NCBI RefSeq assembly: GCF_022985615.1
Contig: NZ_CP094965.1
Coordinates: forward strand, 30,001 to 62,000
DNA length: 32,000 bases
Reading direction: 5' to 3'
DNA from: Candidatus Karelsulcia muelleri
GTDB lineage: Bacteria > Bacteroidota > Bacteroidia > Flavobacteriales > Blattabacteriaceae
Part shown: one piece after another, positions 27,920-32,000 of the stretch
How positions within the stretch are numbered: position 1 is the stretch's first letter
How the letters are laid out: each line of letters begins with the position of its first letter
Translations under genes and position numbers: made by a program
The notes under the pieces: generated by a model
Told to the model about the DNA's origin: nothing
Databases searched by the model: none
Seen by the model: only the letters and a program-made list of their open reading frames with translations

Positions 27920-28372
27920 ATGATTTTACAAATTATTAAATATGGAGATAAAATTTTACATAAAAAATGTAAAAAGATAAAAAAGAATATTTTATTCGAA
28001 GGTCTCTTTGAAAATATGTTTAATACATTACTTGAAAATATGTTTAATACATTACTTAAGTATAGAGGAGTAGGTTTATCTGCTCCTCAAATTGGGATTT
28101 CTTTGCGATTATTTATAATCAATTATTTTGATTCAAGAAAAAACATTTTTTTAAATACTAAAATTTTAAAACAATTTGGAGTTTATAAAGAGTATTGCGA
28201 AGGTTGTTTAAGTCTACCGAAAAGTTTTTATAGAATTAAAAGGAAAGAAATCCTTTTAATTGAATATTTTGATGAAAAGTGGATACGACATAATCTACTT
28301 ATAAAAGGTTTTTTAGCTCGAGTTATTTTACATGAATATGATCATATAAATGGAAAACTTATAATTCTTTAA
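27920..28372 (+). CDS. def: peptide deformylase
   Basis: GVGLSAPQIG, EGCLSLP, HEYDHINGKL. Confidence 0.95.
   Translation: MILQIIKYGDKILHKKCKKIKKNILFEGLFENMFNTLLENMFNTLLKYRGVGLSAPQIGISLRLFIINYFDSRKNIFLNTKILKQFGVYKEYCEGCLSLPKSFYRIKRKEILLIEYFDEKWIRHNLLIKGFLARVILHEYDHINGKLIIL
28010..28057. repeat. 2 x 24-bp in-frame tandem duplication (gaaaatatgtttaatacattactt) inside def
   Basis: Direct reading; encodes ENMFNTLL twice, just before the GVGLSAPQIG motif. Confidence 0.97.
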
Positions 28373-28700
28373 TAATTTTATTAAATATATTATATTCATT
28401 AATAATAAGATTTGATATCGTTTTACGATTTAATTTTAAATTATTATTTTTTAATTTTTTAATAAAATTAGAATAATTTAAACCAAATTTTCGAACAGCA
28501 GTATTAATTCTAATAATCCATAGCTTTCTAAAATTACGTTTTTTTTGTTTTCTACCTATATATGAATAACACCTAGATTTTTCTACTGCATTTTTTGCAA
28601 CAGTGTATAATTTACTTCTAGCACCATAAAAACCTTTTGCTAGTTTTAAAATCTTTTTCCTTTTTTTTTTAGCTGCAACTGAATTAACTGATCTTGGCAT
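28359..28700 (-). CDS. rplT: 50S ribosomal protein L20
   Basis: MPRSVNSVAAKKKRKKILKLAKGFYGARSKLYTVAKNAVEKSRCYSYIGRKQKKRNFRKLWIIRIN. Confidence 0.97.
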   Translation of the reverse strand: MPRSVNSVAAKKKRKKILKLAKGFYGARSKLYTVAKNAVEKSRCYSYIGRKQKKRNFRKLWIIRINTAVRKFGLNYSNFIKKLKNNNLKLNRKTISNLIINEYNIFNKIIKEL

Positions 28701-28703
28701 ATA

Positions 28704-28910
28704 TTATAATAATAATAATTTTTTTATTTTATTTTTTAGATAATTTTTGATTATCTCTAAATTAGATAATCTTCTTTTCCTTTTATTAGATTTTTTAGTT
28801 AATATATGATTTTTAAAAGCTTTTTTTCTTTTGAGTAAACCCTTACTGGTTATTTTAATTCTTTTTTTTAAACTTGATTTCCTTCTTAATTTCTTTTTTT
28901 TTATTTTCAT
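28704..28910 (-). CDS. rpmI: 50S ribosomal protein L35
   Basis: KLRRKSSLKKRIKITSKGLLKRKKAFKNHILTKKSNKRKRRL, adjacent to rplT and infC. Confidence 0.92.
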   Translation of the reverse strand: MKIKKKKLRRKSSLKKRIKITSKGLLKRKKAFKNHILTKKSNKRKRRLSNLEIIKNYLKNKIKKLLLL

Positions 28911-28920
28911 TTAGTTTCCT

Positions 28921-29475
28921 TTAGTTTAGTTTCTGTACTTTAGTTGTAGTTGTATTTGTATGTGAAACTTTAGGTATTAATACTATAAACATTTTTTTTT
29001 CTTCTATTCTTGGTGGAATTTCTACTTTTGTAATATTACTAAGTAGTTCAATACATTTTAATAACATTTTTTCTCCTAAATATTTGTAAAATATCCCTTT
29101 CCCTTTAAAAAAAATATAAAATTTAACTTTATTATTAGATTTTAATATTTTTTTAGCATTTTCTATTTTAAACGATAAATCATGTATATTAGTCTGAGAA
29201 GTTAGTCTTATTTCTTTAGTCAAAATTACATTTTTTTTATATTTTTTTTTCATTTTTTTTAAGTTATATAAAAATTTACTAAAATTCATTGCTTTACAAA
29301 TTGTCGGAGTAACTTTTGGATTAATTTCTACTAAATCTAGAGAAAGATCTTTGGCTATTTTTAAAGCTTGTTTTAATGGGTAAACTTTTGGTTTAATGTT
29401 TTTTCCAACTAATCTGACTACTTTTGATCTTATTTCAGAATTTATTTTATATTTTATTTTTTTTTTTATTCTCAA
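28921..29475 (-). CDS. infC: translation initiation factor IF-3
   Basis: YKINSEIRSKVVRLVGKNIKPKVYPLKQALKIAKDLSLDLVEINPKVTPTICKAMNFSKF. TTG start as tracked; infC-rpmI-rplT order conserved. Confidence 0.94.
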   Translation of the reverse strand: MRIKKKIKYKINSEIRSKVVRLVGKNIKPKVYPLKQALKIAKDLSLDLVEINPKVTPTICKAMNFSKFLYNLKKMKKKYKKNVILTKEIRLTSQTNIHDLSFKIENAKKILKSNNKVKFYIFFKGKGIFYKYLGEKMLLKCIELLSNITKVEIPPRIEEKKMFIVLIPKVSHTNTTTTKVQKLN

Positions 29476-29537
29476 ATTTTTTATTTTTCTTATTTTTCTT
29501 GATAAGATTAGTCTAGCTTTTAGCTGACGGGTTGTTT

Positions 29538-31415
29538 TTATTTAACCTCTTCATAATCTACATCTTGTACTTGTGAATCACTAGATTTTTTTTCTTTATT
29601 TATATTATCGGTTTCGTTTTTATTAAAAATTTCTTGTGAAGTTGCCCAAAATTTATTAATCTTCTCAACATATTTATCAATATCTATAAAGTTTTTATTA
29701 CTTGTAGCTTTTTTTAATTTTAATAAATAAGTTTCTATATTTTTTAGTTTGTCAGGAGTTAATTGTTTTCCATATTCTTTAATATATTTCTCAGATTGAA
29801 AAATTAATGTATCCGCATAATTAATTTGATCGATTTCTTTTTTCAATTTTTCGTCTCTTTCATAATTTTTTTCGGCCTCTTTTTTCATTTTTTCTATATC
29901 TTCTTTGCTTAAACCAGAAGAAGCTTGAATTCTAATTCTTTGTTCTCTTCCAGTTCCTTTATCTTTAGCAGAAACATTTAAAATACCATTAGCATCTATA
30001 TCAAAACATACTTCTATTTGTGGTATACCTCTAGGAGCTGGAGGAATGTCAACTAAATCAAATTGCCCAATTTCTTTATTATCTTTAAATAGTGGTCTTT
30101 CTCCTTGTCCCACTTTAACTGTTACAGCTGATTGGTTATCAATTGCTGTAGAAAATATCTCTGATTTTCTAGTTGGTATTGTAGTGTTAGATTCTATTAA
30201 TTTAGTAAAAACACCTCCTAAGGTTTCTATTCCTAAAGACAATGGAGTTACATCTAATAATAAAACATCTTTTATATCACCTGCTAATACTCCACCTTGA
30301 ATAGCAGCACCAATAGCTACGACTTCATCTGGATTAACACCTTTTGAAGGTACTCTTTGAAAAAATTTCTCTACTTCTTCTTGAATTTTTGGTATTCTAG
30401 TTGATCCCCCTACTAAAATAACTTCATTTATATCTTTTACTTTTAAATCTGCAGCTTTTAAAGCATCTTTACAAGGCAAAATAGATCTTTTAACTAATTG
30501 ATCAGATAACTCTTCAAATTTTGCTCTAGTTAAGGTTTTAACTAAATGTTTTGGTCCAGTTGCTGTTGCAGTTATATAAGGTAAATTAATTTCTGTTTTA
30601 GTACTAGAAGAAAGTTCAATTTTGGATTTTTCTGCTGATTCTTTTAGTCTTTGATGTGCAATAGGATCATTCCCAAGATTTATTCCTTGTTCTGCTTTAA
30701 ATTCTTTTATTAACCAATTGATTATAATTTTATCAAAATCATCTCCACCGAGATGAGTATCACCGTTTGTTGATAATACTTCAAAAACTCCATCTCCCAA
30801 TTCAAGAATTGAAATGTCAAAAGTTCCACCACCTAAATCATAAACTACTATTTTTTTATTTTTATTCTTTTTATCTAAGCCATAAGCTAAAGCAGCTGCT
30901 GTTGGCTCATTGATTATTCGTTCTACTTCTAGTCCAGCAATTTCACCAGCCTCTTTAGTGGCTTGACGTTGGGAATCATTAAAATATGCTGGTACTGTAA
31001 TTACTGCTTTAGTCACTTTATATCCTAAGTAATCTTCTGCAGTTTTTTTCATTTTTTGAAGTATCATTGCAGATATTTCTTGTGGAGAATATAATTTTTT
31101 CTCTATTTTTACTCTTGGAGTATCGTTTTCACCTTTAATAATTTCATAGGGTACATATTTTAATTCTTCAATTACTTCAGAATATTTTCTTCCCATAAAA
31201 CGTTTAATAGAGAATATAGTATTTTTAGGATTAGTTACTGCTTGGCGTTTAGCTGGATCACCTATTTTCATTTCTCCTCCTTCTTCAATAAAGGCTATTA
31301 TAGATGGAGTTGTACGTTTGCCTTCAGAATTTGGTATAACAGTTGGACCATTTACTTCAATAACTGAAACACAAGAATTAGTAGTACCTAAATCTATACC
31401 TATTATTTTATTCAT
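29538..31415 (-). CDS. dnaK: chaperone DnaK (Hsp70)
   Basis: [61 protein letters not shown]. Confidence 0.98.
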   Translation of the reverse strand: MNKIIGIDLGTTNSCVSVIEVNGPTVIPNSEGKRTTPSIIAFIEEGGEMKIGDPAKRQAVTNPKNTIFSIKRFMGRKYSEVIEELKYVPYEIIKGENDTPRVKIEKKLYSPQEISAMILQKMKKTAEDYLGYKVTKAVITVPAYFNDSQRQATKEAGEIAGLEVERIINEPTAAALAYGLDKKNKNKKIVVYDLGGGTFDISILELGDGVFEVLSTNGDTHLGGDDFDKIIINWLIKEFKAEQGINLGNDPIAHQRLKESAEKSKIELSSSTKTEINLPYITATATGPKHLVKTLTRAKFEELSDQLVKRSILPCKDALKAADLKVKDINEVILVGGSTRIPKIQEEVEKFFQRVPSKGVNPDEVVAIGAAIQGGVLAGDIKDVLLLDVTPLSLGIETLGGVFTKLIESNTTIPTRKSEIFSTAIDNQSAVTVKVGQGERPLFKDNKEIGQFDLVDIPPAPRGIPQIEVCFDIDANGILNVSAKDKGTGREQRIRIQASSGLSKEDIEKMKKEAEKNYERDEKLKKEIDQINYADTLIFQSEKYIKEYGKQLTPDKLKNIETYLLKLKKATSNKNFIDIDKYVEKINKFWATSQEIFNKNETDNINKEKKSSDSQVQDVDYEEVK

Positions 31416-31460
31416 GTTAAATTCAATTAATTTTTTAATTAATAGACTTAATTATATTAT

Positions 31461-31540
31461 ATATAATATAATATAATATAATATAATATAATATAATATA
31501 ATATAATATAATATAATATAATATAATATAATATAATATA
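31461..31540. repeat. (ATATA)x16 pentanucleotide array upstream of dnaK
   Basis: Direct reading; flanked by related AT-rich repeats to about 31615. Confidence 0.93.
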
Positions 31541-31652
31541 ATTAATTATATAATTAATTATATAATTAATTATATATAATATTAAGATTAATATAATATA
31601 ATATAATATAATATAATCGTATTTAAAAATCAAAATAAAATTATATCAGACA

Positions 31653-32000
31653 GTGAAAAAACCAATTAATTGGTATATTTTTAATGCCTTTAATAAAACT
31701 CTAGGACGTTTAGCATCTGTTATTGCTTGTAGCATCTGTTATTGCTTGTATAATTATTGGAAAACATCAAATTAATTTTTCTAAGTTGTGGAGATAAAGT
31801 TATTATTATTAACGCTAAACATATTCTTTTAGGGAGTAAAACAAATAATAAAACCTATATTAGTTATAGTGGATATCCAGGAGGTAAAAAAGTAAAGAAA
31901 GTATCTGAATTAATAAAAAAAAGACCAGAATTTCTAATTAGAAAAGCTGTATTAGGTATGTTACCTAAAAATTCTTTTAAAAAAAAAATAAAAAATTTAT
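31653..32000 (+). pseudogene. rplM: 50S ribosomal protein L13 gene, apparently disrupted, truncated at right edge
   Basis: Three frames in succession: KKPINWYIFNAFNKTLGRLASVIAC (31653-31730), IIIGKHQINFSK (31750-31785), CGDKVIIINAKHILLGSKTNNKTYISYSGYPGGKK...RKAVLGMLPKNSFKKK (31787 onward). Confidence 0.8.

Overview
This is a very AT-rich, gene-dense 32 kb segment whose gene content and protein signatures fit a reduced Flavobacteriia/Bacteroidota genome, probably an insect endosymbiont (inference). The supported genes are almost all housekeeping: der (partial), lipA, a DUF164-like coiled-coil protein, a 2-Cys peroxiredoxin, trpS, frr, asnS, rplU, rpmA, ssrA, rpsF, rpsR, rplI, gltX, rplY, ybeY, mnmG, glnS, a holB-like gene, lepA, ileS, grpE, dnaJ, mnmA, ilvE, def, rplT, rpmI, infC and dnaK. 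There are five tRNAs and a 29-codon AURKAIP1/COX24-like micro-ORF missing from the supplied ORF track. I found no CRISPR, phage, toxin or defence system and no convincing new enzymatic system. The unusual part is the repeat landscape. Several intergenic gaps hold short-period tandem arrays of different sequence (5, 7, 13 bp and others), and perfect 11-24 bp tandem duplications occur inside or beside genes. Some are in frame (DUF164-like gene, grpE, def, the ileS tail, the rplY tail). One 19-bp duplication, together with a second lesion, disrupts the apparent rplM (L13) at the right edge. A strongly deleted malate dehydrogenase remnant lies between der and lipA.
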